A stretch of DNA of 64,000 nt from Octopus vulgaris (GCA_951406725.2 OX597830.1:34658001-34722000), one strand, 5' to 3'. Positions 1 to 14,612 are shown, counted from the stretch's first letter. Numbers and translations: made by a program. Notes: a model not told the origin generated them from the sequence alone.

Positions 1-608
1 AGTATTGCTTTTACAACCGCTCAATTCTCTCTCCTTATATTCCACGATGGTTTTCTCTTTTTTATTCTGGTTTTCAATCTATTCTTCTCTGTCTCTCTCT
101 CTGTTCATTTTCATTCTCTTACTATTATCGCTTCTTTTTCTTCTTCGTTTTCTATTTCTTCTTTTCTTATTCTTTTTCGTTTCTTCGACTTCTCGTTTTC
201 TTCGTCTTCATTTTCGATTCTTTTTCTTCTTCGTTTTCCTCTTTATTATTCTTATTATTTTATCGTTTCTTCTTCGACTTCTCGTTTTCTTCGTCTTCTT
301 TTTCGTTTCTTCTTCCAATTTTTCTCCCTCCTATTCCTCTTCTCGTCTTCTTTTCTTCTTCCTCCTCCACTTTTCTTCTTCCGCTTTTTCTTTTGATCAT
401 CCTCTTTTTTCTTCTTCACTTTCTTTCTTTCTCTCTTTTGTTTCTTCCTTTCACTTTCTCTTTACATTTCGCAACCTTACATCCTATTTATCTCACCAGT
501 ATCTGACAACCATCCGCTCTCTATCTAACTCTTACCCCTCCTCTCTTTATATATATATATCGTTTCCCTTCAGCATCTTCCTCTCTCTTTACGATATTGT
601 TCTCTGTA

Positions 609-640
<32 letters not shown>
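1..640. repeat. Polypyrimidine (CT/CTT-rich) low-complexity tract
   Basis: Almost all C/T, ending in (CT)n; explains the spurious F/L/S-rich ORF 5..646. Confidence 0.9.
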
Positions 641-644
<4 letters not shown>

Positions 645-900
645 AAACACGATCCTAACCCCTGCCATTTCGCTGTAAACACTCCCTCACTTTAACCCTA
701 ACCCTAACCCTTCACCACGCCAACTTACTCCCTGACCGAACCCAATGCTGTCATTGTGTGTTTCTGTCAAAGAGTAATTTCTAAAATATCTTAAATCAAA
801 GATTCTTTCTCGTATTCTCCATGGAATGGAGTGTGCATACATGCATCTATGTGTAATGCGTATGGGGTGTGAGTGAATTTGGGCCGCAAGTGTGTACGAG

Positions 901-917
901 TATACATACATGCATGC

Positions 918-979
<62 letters not shown>

Positions 980-1007
980 ATATATGTATATATATATATG
1001 TATGTAC

Positions 1008-1038
<31 letters not shown>

Positions 1039-1301
1039 CAAGCGTATATATATAAATGCCTACAGATATATGTGTACATCACATTTTTATATACACCTAT
1101 TTGTATATGTATGCACATATTCATAGCTGTATATAAATAAATACATCTATATATATTATATATAAATAGACTCATGCACATGCACGTGTGTCTAAAAACT
1201 TACACGCGCGTCTAAACATGTATATGAGTTTGTGTATATATATTTTCATCACACACTCGAATACATACGTATATACCCACTCTCATACTTACATTCGTTG
1301 T

Positions 1302-1338
<37 letters not shown>

Positions 1339-1358
1339 TATACACACTCTCTCTCTCA

Positions 1359-1429
<71 letters not shown>

Positions 1430-1430
1430 T
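901..1430. repeat. Compound (TA)n/(TACA)n microsatellite region
   Basis: Directly visible. Confidence 0.9.
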
Positions 1431-1699
1431 TAATAGATCATGTGTTGGTTAATGTATCGTTCAACAATTTTGCTCCGTTTTCGTTTTTCCTCTATTCTAT
1501 TTAATTCATCACATTTCCTTTAGAGATTTTGTTGTTATTGGTTACGTATGGGATTTTCCAAAGTCTATATTATTGATATTTTAAGGTCATCTGACCTCAT
1601 CTTTAGGATGTCCAGCCATAAAATGATATTTGTTGTATATGTTCTACTTTACATTTGCGCTAGCCTGCATCTGATTGGCTATTATATGGCATTAGCAGA

Positions 1700-1955
1700 A
1701 ATGTTTTAATGCATTCCCTATGAACTGTTTTTGTGTGTCGAGGCTTGAAGCGAATATGACAAGGCGTCACTTATAGTGTTGTGAGGGTTTCTATAAAGAC
1801 TACTTATGTATGATCCGAAAGTTTCGCTTGTCAATGTATACGGAAGGTTTGTGATTTGCAGGTCATACTCATATAAAATTTCTGAATAGCGGGTTAACGG
1901 GAGAGCCCACGGCAACTCCATCGCTGATTGTAACTTTTTTTTTTTGAAGTACCAG
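1700..1955 (-). pseudogene. Decayed Penelope-like reverse transcriptase fragment
   Basis: Minus strand reads YNQ/DGVAVGSPVNPLFRNF(YM) across frameshifts (PLE motif QxxGxAMGSPLSPxxANxYM), then SSLYRNPHNT (cf. SLYRKPT). Confidence 0.65.
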
Positions 1956-2040
1956 GATACAACACACACGAATACACAAACACACACATACTCATATCAA
2001 TAGATAGATAGATAGACAATCAGACAGACAGACAGTTTGG

Positions 2041-2124
<84 letters not shown>

Positions 2125-2210
2125 CAATCAGACAGGCAGTTAGATAGATAGATAAACAATAAGACAGACAGTTAGATAAACAATTAGGCAGTTAGATAGA
2201 TAGATAGATA

Positions 2211-2575
2211 TGTTTCTTTATTAGCCACACAGGGCTGCACACAGATAGAACAAATTACAAGGTAGAGCTTTTCTTTTGAAGGTTTAAAAAAAAAAAAAAA
2301 AAAGGAAGGGGGAGTTTCGATCAAAAGGGATCGTAAAAGGAGAGAAAGAGGACAAAAAAAGGGGAGTTAAAAAAAAGGGGGAGTGGAAAAAAAAAATTGA
2401 TCAATAGGGATCGTTATCACAGAAATGTCAATATGAAGTGTAAAGGGGAGGACAGGTGAGGTTTACCCGTGGAAAGAAAAGCCTACGGAAAAGACCACGG
2501 TAACCTCGGTCAATGGAGTCACATGTTATATTTCTTTTTTTTTTGCGAATAAGCAACTCTCTGTTTTCAATTTCT
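2211..2575 (-). mobile_element. Tx1/L1-like LINE 3' UTR, 5'-truncated, inside (GATA)n (copy 1)
   Basis: Collinear with the 3' UTR of the ORF-bearing copy at 40381-41094; AATAAA near 3' end; GATA arrays on both sides. Confidence 0.8.
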
Positions 2576-2637
<62 letters not shown>

Positions 2638-2687
2638 CAGATAGATAGATAGATAGACAGATAGATAGATAGATAGATAGATAGATA

Positions 2688-2788
2688 TGTTTCTTTATTA
2701 GCCACACAGGGCTGCACACAGATAGAACAAATTACAAGGTAGAGCTTTTCTTTTGAAGGGTTAGAGAAAGAAAAAAAAAAAAAAAAAA
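2688..2788 (-). mobile_element. Same LINE, extreme 3' end, inside (GATA)n (copy 2)
   Basis: tgtttctttattagccacacagggctgcacacagatagaacaaattacaaggtagagc matches copy 1. Confidence 0.8.
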
Positions 2789-2810
2789 GATAGATAGATA
2801 GATAGGTAGG

Positions 2811-2870
<60 letters not shown>

Positions 2871-2941
2871 CAATCAGATAGACAGTTAGATAGACAACCA
2901 GACAGATAGACAGGCAATCAGATAGACAGACAGACAGATAG

Positions 2942-3004
<63 letters not shown>

Positions 3005-3353
3005 TAGATAGATAGATACATGCGTAGGCTGATACCTGTGGTTTCTTGAGTAAAATGGTTTATATGATTCCAGTTGTTATTAGATTAGAATGAAATTTTG
3101 CTATATTCAATGTCTTCAATAGTGAATTACGGTGAATTAAACTGACTATAATCTGTAGTAGATATTAACATAGAATTTTCATGTTAAAGAATATTTCTCT
3201 CAAATTCACTTTCTCCCTCCATCTATCTCTCTCTCTATTGGACCGTCTTGAAAAACAGCCAAATCTATCTTAAAGGACACTCATTTTCGCCTTGAAAAAT
3301 TAAAATAAGGTACGACTACATTGTAGCATTTTTGCCTTGAAACAAGACGATGA

Positions 3354-5090
3354 CACAGTATAACAATGAAAAAAAATGGAAATGAGAATAACCTTTTTTA
3401 GAGGCATTTTTTGTGTAGATCACGAATATAACATCCGTTTCTATCTGTAACTCACCAGTTTCTCGTAAATTACCATCTTACGTTAAATACATTGGTGGAA
3501 GAAGAAATACACCGACTGGGTCGAAACTGACAACTATAAAAGTTATGAATATATTGTGATATAATTTTAATGGGGTGTTTCGATCGTATTTGTCAACCTA
3601 ATCTATGAAAATTATAAAAGTACACTCAATATTTTTATAGTTATATGGGTCCAAATCCGTTTTAGATCTGACAAGAAACTACATCTCATCGCCCAACTTG
3701 AGCTCAATGATCTAGTTCGTGATCTAACACTTACTAAGCAACAGAGTGAAGTCCTGGCCTCACGTCTGCAACAATGCAACCTGTTGGATAAAGATGCTCG
3801 AATTACAGTATTTAGGAAGCGTTCTGCAGATCTACAGCAATTCTTCATTTTGGAAAACAACTTAATTTTATTGTAATGATATCAGAGACGGATTCAATGC
3901 CCTTGAGCTGACCTATGAACCAAATGAGTGGAGGTTATTCATAGATACATCCTTTAACAGCATAAAAACGGTTCTGTTGCACATTAGGGACACCATACTT
4001 TCAGTTCCAATTGCTCACTCAGTCATTTTAAGGGAGACATATGAGAGAACCTCGTTTTGATTCTAGACCGCATAAATTACAAGGAGCATAAGTGACTAAT
4101 TTGTGCGGACTTGAAAGTAGTAGCCCTACTCAATGAGCTACAAACTGGATACATCAAGTTTAAGTGCTTCCTTTGCAAGTGGAACAGTAGGGCCAGATCA
4201 GAACATTATGTACGCCCAGAATGGCCTGGATGCTACAATGTAAATCATGAACAACACTAGTTAAGGAGAAAATAAATCATTTTGCCACCGCTGCATATAA
4301 AACTAGGCCTAATGAAGCTATTTACCAAAGCACTGCAACATAACAAACCATGTTTCCAGTACTTCAAGATCTTCCCTAAAATAAGTGATGTCAAGTTTAA
4401 AGAGAGCGTATTCGCAGCCCTCAGATTCGTCAACTTATAGCTGAGGAGGACTTCGAGATGACAATGTATGAACCTAACGTAGCGGTCTGGCATGCATTCA
4501 AAGATGTATGCAAAGGACTTCTGGGGAAGCACTAAGTGGCCCAGCGAGAGAGTATAGTGAAGAGCCTAATCAAGTACTACAGAGATCTCGGATGCGTTAT
4601 GTCACTGAAGATACACTTTCTTTATTCTCATCTGTCCGTCTTTCCAGAGAATGCAGGAAATGTGAGTAATGAATGTGGAGAGAGGTTCCATCAAGATATA
4701 GCGACAATGGAAAACAGGCATAAGGGAAAATGGAGCCCAGCTATGCTGGCTAACTTCTGCTGGAACCTGAAGCATGACACACCAGAGACGTCTTATAAAC
4801 GAAGAAATAAATACTAAAATGTAGCTTAATACTTTATATAATGCTAACAAACATGACGATTCAGTATATATTTATGAATTAATTACAATGGACATATTTG
4901 ATTTGACTTTGGGAACAAAACATCGTAGAAACTGGTATAAATTGCATAGTTATTAAGTCGGTAATTTACAAGAAAATGTGACGTGATGTGGAATTTTTGT
5001 AATAAAATTCGAATTTAGCACAATCAGCTTCATGAAAAAAATATACATGAGAACTGTTATTTTCTTGACCCTGAATTTTGTTGTTCAGTG
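3354..5090 (+). mobile_element. Chapaev3-like (CMC superfamily) DNA transposon, decayed, internally deleted
   Basis: Termini CACAGTATAACAA ... TTGTTGTTCAGTG (CAC..GTG imperfect TIR) enclosing a transposase remnant. Confidence 0.75.
3682..4817 (+). pseudogene. Disrupted Chapaev3-type transposase
   Basis: Motifs ELNDLVRDL..LASRL, EWRLFIDTS, ICADLKVV, CFLCKWNSRAR, LPPLHIKLGLMK, MSLKIHFLYSHL, GERFHQDI..MENR..W; multiple stops and frameshifts. Confidence 0.85.
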
Positions 5091-5554
5091 CAATTCGTCG
5101 TTTCAGAAATAGTGGATCTATGATAATGTTATGTGATGTTGATGTTCCTTTTGCCAAAGATGACTAGGAAGCTATTGATTATGGAGGTCGGCTGAATCGG
5201 AATTGATCTGGAGGTAAATAACAGCAACAATGAAAACACATACATTATAGATATTTAATAAAAGTTCTGTACGGCGTAAGACACTTTTTTGAGTCAAACA
5301 GTGAATGGGACATCGTTATTCTTTCGTCCGAAGATTCGAGGTCGCACTTTGAGCAAATGCCTCCGCTACCAGGTTATCCCGTGAAGTCCAGTGTGCCACG
5401 GAATAAACATCAATGTTTTACAGCGCTTTAGTTACACCATAGCGACACCATTATGATACTCTGAGTAACCTCAATGGCGTCGACTAACGATGATTAAATG
5501 AAATATATTTTGAGCTTAGCACAAACAGAAAAGTATCTAATGATTAGTATAATA

Positions 5555-6390
5555 ATCCTTTCTGCTATAGGCACAAGGCCTGAAATTTTGGAAGAGGGGG
5601 AATAATCGATTAGCCTTAGGTCAATAAATTAAGTTCTTGACTGATACTTAATTTATTGATCCCGTAAGAATGAAAGGCAAAGTCGACCTCGGCGGAATTT
5701 GAACTCAGAACACAGCAACGGGCTAATGATTCGTATGATAACCCTTTCTACTATAGCCACAATGCCTGGCACTTTTGGAGTGGAACAACTTGATTATATC
5801 GATCCCAGTGGTTGATATAATTGATTGTGTGGAGGCGCAATGGCCCAGTGGTTAGGGCAGTGGACTTGCGGTCGTAGGATCGCGGTTTCGATTCCCAGAC
5901 CGGGCGTTGTGAGTGTTTATTGAGAGAAAACACCTAAAAGCTCCACGAGGCTCCGGCAGGGGATGGTGGTGGTCCCTGCTGTACTCTTTCATCACAACTC
6001 TCTCTCTCTCTCTTACTTCCTGTTTCTGTTGTGCCTGTATTTCAAAGGGCCGGCCTTGTCACTCTCTGCGTCACGCTGAATATCCCCGAGAACTACGTTA
6101 AGGGTACACGTGTCTGTGGAGTGCTCAGCCACTTACACGTTAATTTCACGAGCAGGCTGTTCCGTTGATCGGATCAACCGGAACCCTCGTCGTCGGAACC
6201 GACGGAGTGCTTCCATATAATTGATTGGTACTTATTTCATCGATCTCATACTGAACTGGTGTTTATTGTACCGAACTCAAAACAATAAAAAGGAAAAGCT
6301 GATCTCGCCGGAATTTGAACTCAGAACGGACAGAACACCGTTAATCATTTTTATCAGGTAGGTTAACTTTTTTCCCAACTCACCGCCTTA
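5555..6390 (-). mobile_element. Nin/Deu-domain-like SINE copies, interrupted by an OR-type SINE
   Basis: Reverse complement of ttctgagttcaaattccgccgaggtcgactttgcctttcat...gtaccag core. Confidence 0.7.
5828..6214 (+). mobile_element. tRNA-derived SINE (octopus OR1-like), full length
   Basis: A box TGGCCCAGTGG, B-box-like GGTTTCGATTCCC; 13-bp TSD atataattgattg (5815-5827, 6215-6227); close copy at 16853. Confidence 0.85.
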
Positions 6391-6544
6391 ATGATAAGTG
6401 TTACAATAAACCAGTATTAACCAGATAATTATTAATCAAGGTATTAACAAGAATTACAATTAATATGGAATTAATCAGCATTATAATTGCAATGGCATTA
6501 ACTAGATTATGATTAATTATAGCATTAACTAACATCATAATTGT

Positions 6545-6725
6545 TTCCAATTTAAGCCGATGACCAACAGTTGTAAGGGGAAAGGTAAGTCGATGCCATC
6601 AATCCCAGCACTTGACTGGTACTTGATTTCATCAATTCCAGAGGGATAAAAGGCAAGGTTGACCATAACGGATTTTGAATTCAAAGTGTTAAAGTGCCGA
6701 AACTATGAAGCATCTTTTCAGGAGT
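6545..6725 (-). mobile_element. Degenerate Nin/Deu-like SINE
   Basis: actggtacttgatttcatc...aaaggcaaggttgacc...tttgaattc. Confidence 0.55.
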
Positions 6726-6934
6726 TTAACAACGCTATTATTCTAATGCCCTTACCAGCAATTACAATTGACAAGATTAAGAATGGTGATTACTTGTACG
6801 TGAGTTAAAAGGCTTTGTGCTATTTTTCCAGCTGCATATGTACTGGGTTCAAATATTTCTGAGATTAACTGCGCCCTTCATCCTTTTGGAGTCAATAAGA
6901 TATAATTCAAGTTCTAGCATCAAGACTTTTATCT

Positions 6935-7190
6935 TGCGGCCCGCTTGATACTTTCTTCAAATGGGTTTATTTAAACAGACATCTTAAAAGTTGTAATGAA
7001 GAGTAAAAAAGAATGATACTACCGTTTTTGCAACGATAATATTTCATGTTGAATCAACGATCATTCATTCATTATTGGAATAATAGCATGAGAAAGCAAA
7101 ATGCTTTCAATTCTGTTTGTATACAGGCGGTCCTCAAAACCTTTCTGTGATTAAAGTGGCCCACAATGTAATTCGAGTTGGCCAGGCCTG
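6935..7190. mobile_element. Possible hAT-type MITE fragment
   Basis: gcggccc motifs and terminus gagttggccaggcctg. Confidence 0.35.
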
Positions 7191-7273
7191 ATTTAGAGTG
7201 TCAACAAACCCCACTTTTCAAAATTGTGCCTAAATAAGAAACCATTATGATTGCTTCTATGTTAAGTATTATG

Positions 7274-7660
7274 AAGGCGGCGAGCTGGCAGAAACGTTAA
7301 CACGCCGGGCGAAATGCGTAGCCGTATTCTGTCTGCCGTTACGTTCTGAGTTCAAATTCCACCGAGGTCGACTTTGCCTTTCATCCTTTCAGGGTCGATA
7401 AATTAAGTACCAGTTACGCACTGGTGTCGATATAATCGACTTAATCCGTTTCTCTGTCCTTGTTTGTTCCCTCATTATTATGGGTAGTAAAGAAATAGGT
7501 ATTTCGTCTGCCGCTACGTTCTGAGTTCAAATTTCGTCGAAGTCGACTTTGCCTTTCATCCTTTCAGGGTCGATAGAATAAGTACCAGTTGAACACTGGG
7601 GTCGACGTAATCGACTCATCCCTACCTCCTCCAAGCTGCCATTGCGAAAAAAAAAAAATG
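7274..7660 (+). mobile_element. Nin/Deu-domain-like SINE, dimeric
   Basis: Head aaggcggcgagctggcagaaacgtt; B-box-like GAGTTCAAATTCC; core gtcgactttgcctttcatcctttc-gggtcgata repeated twice. Confidence 0.8.
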
Positions 7661-8364
7661 AAATAATTATTAACTACCGCTTTGACTGCTATTTTAATTA
7701 CTGCTGCATTAACTGATGTAGCATAATTCTACTTCTGTGTAAGACATTAGTCTCTGAAGTTTGAGAAATAATCTTATCGACGAATCATAAATCGTTTGAG
7801 ACATTCCAGTGAGTGGGCCTTACTGTAGGTGCGTTCAATATCGTAGAAATATCAACTAATTGACCATCATATGATATCTCATTGTCTTAGAGAGGGAATT
7901 AGACGTAAAGAAATTTAATCTTCGTTATGATATGCTTGGAAGTAAGAGAGGATAACATTCTATGGGAACACTTTCGACTGCAAGTCTGCTCAAATAGGAT
8001 TAAATAGGAGCTAAATCAACTCTAGAAATGAAAATACTAGAAATCAACGTAGCTAATACGATCCAATGAAAAGTTATGCACGGTCACTGCTGTGCTAGAA
8101 ATAACAGCTATAGTTCACTTAAATTACTCCCTGCCTTTCTGTAAAATAGGAAGGAGACATTGGATAACTCTAGCTTAGGCACACTAACTCAGAAAAGAAC
8201 AGACAGGTTGGTCACGACTATAATTTTTTCACCCTATTTCTGTTCGATTAGGGTATATTTAGTGCTAAAAATCAACCACAAAACTGGCAAGATTTTCGAA
8301 ACTGAAAGCAGAATGGAACTGATTTGGGCGTAGAATATAAAAAAATATGCAGATTCTTTTAATT

Positions 8365-8576
8365 CTTTTACTTGTTTCAGTCATTTTGACTGCTGCCATG
8401 CTGGAGCAACGCTTTCAGTCGAACAAATCGACTCCAGCACTTATGCTTTGTTAGCCTAGTACTAATTCTATCAGTCTCTTTTGCCGAAACGCTAAGTTTA
8501 CGGGGACGTAAACACACCAACACCGGTCGTCAAGTAATGGTGGGGGGACAAACACAGACACACAAATACATACATG

Positions 8577-8635
<59 letters not shown>

Positions 8636-8801
8636 GCGACGGTACTTCTTTCAGTTTCCGTCTACCGAATTCACACGCAAAGCTTTAGTTGGTCAGAGGC
8701 TAATGTAGAAGTCACTTTCCCAAGGTGCCACGCAGTGGGACTGAACCCGGAACCATGTGATTCGGAAGCAAGCTTCTTACCATACATCCACTCCTGTGCC
8801 T
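8365..8801 (-). mobile_element. Abundant tRNA-like SINE (family A) with internal (TA)n
   Basis: Matches 42592-43020 in reverse. Confidence 0.85.
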
Positions 8802-9198
8802 GTATGATGAATACTATAATTTCTATAAATGAAATGTTGCATAGTTTTATGCTCTTTATTAATATTAGACAAACACATACAGACACGGAAATATTTAATA
8901 TTTGTTACGACCCATACTTCTCTAAATATAGAAAGCAAAACAACGAACTTCTGATAAAATTAAAATTTGCCTTTTACAACGTATTCACAAACAGCATACA
9001 TTTAACAAAACCGTTTTTTTTTTTTTTTAGTCAGACTTGTCCTGAATTTTAACTGAAAGCAATTGTCTTTATTGTCTGAAGATTGCTTTGTTTCAACGGG
9101 GCATGAAACTTGTAATACTGTATTATCTAACGAACACTCTTTCTTTCTCTCTCTCACACACACACACTCTTTCTATTCTCACATATGTACGCGCACAG

Positions 9199-9229
<31 letters not shown>

Positions 9230-9404
9230 TTATAATGTTATAGGTGATTAGATTACAAAGTCAATTCTGTTTCGATCCTAGTTGATTTTGTTCACAACTA
9301 ATGATTATCTCTGTAAACTGGTAACGAATAAAAGAATATAACACACTTTATTTTCTTCAAGTATTGAGTATTGGAAGCGTTCTTACGAACAAACGCAATA
9401 TACG

Positions 9405-9434
9405 ATTATACATATACATACATACATATATATA

Positions 9435-9483
<49 letters not shown>

Positions 9484-9492
9484 TTATATATA

Positions 9493-9570
<78 letters not shown>

Positions 9571-9592
9571 CATATATATATTTATATATATA
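9405..9592. repeat. (TA)n microsatellite
   Basis: Directly visible. Confidence 0.95.
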
Positions 9593-10129
9593 CTCATTGA
9601 CAATGATGCCAAATTATCTCTCCGATAGTAGCAAATACTTATGTGTAGAAATTAAAGTACCTGTTCGTTTTCTTCTTTTCGTTTTTCTCCATCTTCCATT
9701 CACATGTACTCAAAATACACACATATTCAAACACATTCACATCCCTGCTTACACGCGCTCATACAGGTACATAGACATAGGTACACACACACACACACAC
9801 ACACACACAAATATATTGGTAAACATGAATCACTTCTTTCCAATCAAACACTTATGTTTGCAATTACAAATTTTCTTTCTATCTCGTCCCCTCCCCCACA
9901 GTCTTTCTCCTCATACTATCACCATCACATCCTCCTCTACAACCTCTTCGACTCTTTCTTTGTTTCACTGTTGGTCTTTTCGCTCTCCCTATACCTTCCA
10001 CTCAGAAACTGAAATATCTTACATACGTAATCATATAAGTATGGCATACTCACACGCATACATCTGCATACCTACAGCCAGCCAGTCATATAGGCCAGCA
10101 GAAATGCAAGCGTATATACTTCCAATGCA

Positions 10130-10347
10130 TACGTATACACACATACGTATACATAGAAGAGAAAAAAATACATACATGCATGTGTATGGTAGGGGCATAT
10201 ACATAGATACATACATACATAAATATATATATACATAAATACATACATACATACATACATATACATACATAAATACATACATATATATATACATAAATAC
10301 ATACATACATACATATATATATATATATGTACATAAATACATACATA

Positions 10348-10379
<32 letters not shown>

Positions 10380-10398
10380 CATAAATACATACGTACAT

Positions 10399-10436
<38 letters not shown>

Positions 10437-10693
10437 ATACATACACATAAACCAATCATTTCTTTATACTTACTGACTTCCAACTGCACCAAGAAAGCCA
10501 TACCCTCCTCCTCTCCATGTGAATATCTATCTCACTTAGAATTTCTGTCATACTCTGCCTCATTCTTCTCCTTCACTGTAAGACGCTCATCAAATTTCTT
10601 TCTCGTGGTATTCCTACACACTTTCTCTGTCTCTCTCTCTCTCATGATACATACATACATACATACATTTATATATATATATATATATTTATG

Positions 10694-10725
<32 letters not shown>

Positions 10726-10948
10726 CACACATTATATATATACATGCATATACACAAATACATATATATATATTTCACACCATCTTTCTCGTTCTTACAC
10801 GCACACGCGTTTTACACATACAAACTCACATAAACATGCAATATAAATGAATTCACTGAACGTTTTGTGTGTGTCTGTGTGTGTATGGGGTAATTGTATA
10901 TCTATTGCTACAAACTCAAGTGCCACACACAAGTACATTCGTGTGCAA

Positions 10949-10994
<46 letters not shown>

Positions 10995-11399
10995 TCATAT
11001 ATGTGTGTGTGCATGTACTTGTAGGCATGTATATGTTTACATGTCTTTCTTTCCTTTTGTTTATATGTGTGTATATGAGTGTATGCATGTGTATGGTGTG
11101 TTTGCTGACTACAATAATAAACGTCTTTATGCAATTACAAAGACAGTTTCTCAGCCTCTTTCTAACCATCTTATGTTCTCTCTCTCTCTCTCTCTCTCTC
11201 ACTTTCCCTCTCTGTACACATCATAGTGTCTATCTTCTCCTCTTTGATTTCTCTTGCACTTTCTGAGCATCTCTCTGTTTCTCATACTCTCTCACGTGCA
11301 GTATGTACATCTATATTCAATATACAATTTCTTGCAATTATCTTTTTATCTAAGGTCTTATATTCATAAGTAGACATGACATATGTACACACACACACA

Positions 11400-11441
<42 letters not shown>

Positions 11442-11642
11442 TAGAGACTAACATGTATGCATATAGGTATGTAAATTCACACATATATACTTGTATGTGT
11501 GTATGTGTATGGAGAGAGGGCGGGAAGGAGATGCCAACATATGTATATATGTATGGAGATATATATATGTGTTTGTATATAGATGCACATATGAACCGTA
11601 TATACACATACAAGTATACATACATACATACACACACACACA

Positions 11643-11689
<47 letters not shown>

Positions 11690-11838
11690 ACCTCTTTACT
11701 TCATCATCTCGTCTCACATTTGCGTATTACTTACACAATCAAAGATATTACATACACACAATCACACACATAGACGCACATTCATCGTACTAACAAATAA
11801 TGAACATTTAGTGACACACAAGGAGAAAGACCATAGCA

Positions 11839-11878
<40 letters not shown>

Positions 11879-12424
11879 GAGTGGGGAGAAGGAGAAGAAG
11901 AGAGAATGGCACGGAAAAGAAGAAGAAGAACTAGAACACGAGAAGAAGAAACAAATAGTTGATGTTAATTTCTTGTGTGATAGTTTGAGTGTATACGAAT
12001 GATTCTCTTTAAAATCAAAAGAGTTCCCTCATTTTAACGTAAAAGCAAGGCTTATAAATGGAAGTCTCCTTGTGGGTATTGTATGGGCAGGAAGTGCTCT
12101 TAACCTCGCTTCAATTAAACTAATGTTTTTCACGTAGATTTCATATTTAATTTTACATCAAGAGAATTAAGATGACATGTCTCTCTCTCACCCTTTTACT
12201 CACTCATTCTCCCAATTACTGTCTCCTTCTCTCTCACTCACTCTCCATTTCTTCTTTCTTTTCTTCGTCAGTGCTACGTCTTTGATTATCTACCGGCTTT
12301 TACATGTCTGTCTGTCTCTCTCTCTCTCTCCCACTCTCCCACATTTGTATATACATATATTCAAAGGTATATTCAAACATACACACGCATATACATATAT
12401 GTACATATATTTCTTATATACACA

Positions 12425-12505
<81 letters not shown>

Positions 12506-12522
12506 GTCTATCTATCTATCTG

Positions 12523-12613
<91 letters not shown>

Positions 12614-12625
12614 GTCTCTTTATCA

Positions 12626-12656
<31 letters not shown>

Positions 12657-12840
12657 ACTCTCTGTATATAGATATATATATTAATATATGTAAATGTATA
12701 CATATGTGCACACTCACGCACGTTCTCTCTCTCCCTCCCCCTCTTTCTCTCTACATACATATCTACGTATATATATATACATACATATAAGTTATCATAT
12801 ATAAATGTATACATAAATGCTTATTTAATGTAAACACACG

Positions 12841-12883
<43 letters not shown>

Positions 12884-12926
12884 ATACGCGCATATAATAT
12901 CAATACATACATATATATGCGTGTAT

Positions 12927-12999
<73 letters not shown>

Positions 13000-13540
13000 A
13001 TACGCATAAATACACGCTCATAAACACACTCACGCAGTACATATATATTTACATATGTCACATGATATTTTCTGGCTTTTTTTTTTCTCTCTTTTAATCG
13101 AGTCTTCTGCCTCTAACTGCTCGGCCAGTCTACACGCATCACCTCATTACCAATCTTGCTGCAATTTCATCACCAACAAAACCATCATCATCATCATCAG
13201 TAGTTATCACCAATTATTCACATTACCTTTTATCCTTTTTCCTTTAGGCTTTGTGATAGTAAATATGTATTTATCTCGCGGTTCAACTCCATTGTACAAG
13301 TGTATGTGTACTTGTAGGTGAGCATGTATTTATATATAGATGTATGCGTATGTATGTTCATGTATATGTGCGTGCATACATATACATTCATTATATATAT
13401 ATATATATAAATACACATTTTTGCATATGTATGCAGATATATATATATGCTCATATTTGCACATAGGTGATATATATATATATATATATTTCTGTTTATA
13501 AATGTATATGTATACATACATACACACACACACACATATA

Positions 13541-13589
<49 letters not shown>

Positions 13590-13642
13590 CTGCATTTAAA
13601 CATATGCATATATCTATGTACTCACACACACATACACAAATA

Positions 13643-13687
<45 letters not shown>

Positions 13688-14025
13688 TAGAATATAATGT
13701 ACGTTCGTATGTATATATGAAAGTAGATGGATTTTACTGTCACAAATGTAGTACTTCGCTATAATACAAGAAGTAATTCGTGATAATTATATACATTTAA
13801 AACATTGTTCTCATATTCTAAGACAATACTCAATCAAAGAAACATACGTCATACGTCTCAAGACGTGTCTATATCTATGTAGGCATTCTTATTTCTCTAT
13901 GTATCTCACCCTGTTTCTCTCTCTCTCCATCCATTTATATAAATATATATAAATATATATATATATTTATATATGTTTGTGAATATATATATATGTATAC
14001 GTACATACACACACACATACACACA
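10130..14025. repeat. Dense compound microsatellite field (TA, TACA, CA, GA, TATC)
   Basis: Includes (TATC)n at about 12426-12615 and many TA/CA arrays. Confidence 0.85.
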
Positions 14026-14034
14026 CGTAGGATT

Positions 14035-14475
14035 CTTTCAAATTTTGGTACAATGCCAGCAATTTCAGGAGAAAGGCGTGAGGTGATTACATAAACCCTA
14101 GTGCTCAACAGGTTGTTATTTTATCGAACCCGAAATGTTGAAAGATAAAATGGACCTCAGCAATATTTGAACTCAGATCGGCAAAATTCCCACTGAAGAC
14201 TTTGTCTGACGCTCTAACGTTTCTGCCACCTCGCCGCCTTATATTCATTCAAATTTTGTCACAAAACCGGCAATTTTAGAGGTTTTTTTTATCGATTGTA
14301 CGTTCCCCGGTATTTGCCTGCTACATGATTTTATCGACCTCCAAAAGGATAAATTTTAATCATGCTTCTATTGGAAATGAGAACATAGCAAAAATAAAAA
14401 AAAAGAAGAAAAAAACGGTAGACATGCCGTAAACATTTTGTCTCATGCGCTGTCGGGTCTGATTCCGCCAGCTTG
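14035..14475 (-). mobile_element. Two degenerate Nin/Deu-like SINE copies
   Basis: atttgaactcaga and ttctgccacctcgccgcctt (reverse of the head). Confidence 0.6.
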
Positions 14476-14612
14476 CCATCTGGGACATTCAGAATAGACG
14501 AAAGAGGATTGCAGTAAGACAAATACTTCGTTTGCCATTTACATTTGAGGAAGATTTACTACCGGCATGCATTAAAACTACACTTTATCTTTTCCCCCGC
14601 ACCCCCATATAG

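Larger units (their letters stand above)
2001..3020. repeat. (GATA)n/(GACA)n microsatellite field hosting two LINE 3' ends
   Basis: Directly visible. Confidence 0.95.

Noticed and set aside
5-646. 213-aa F/L/S-rich ORF and the many YIYI/LSIY/VCVC ORFs throughout
   Set aside because: Translations of microsatellites and low-complexity DNA; no domain-like sequence
693-710. (TAACCC)3 telomere-like repeat
   Set aside because: Only three units; too short to call an interstitial telomere
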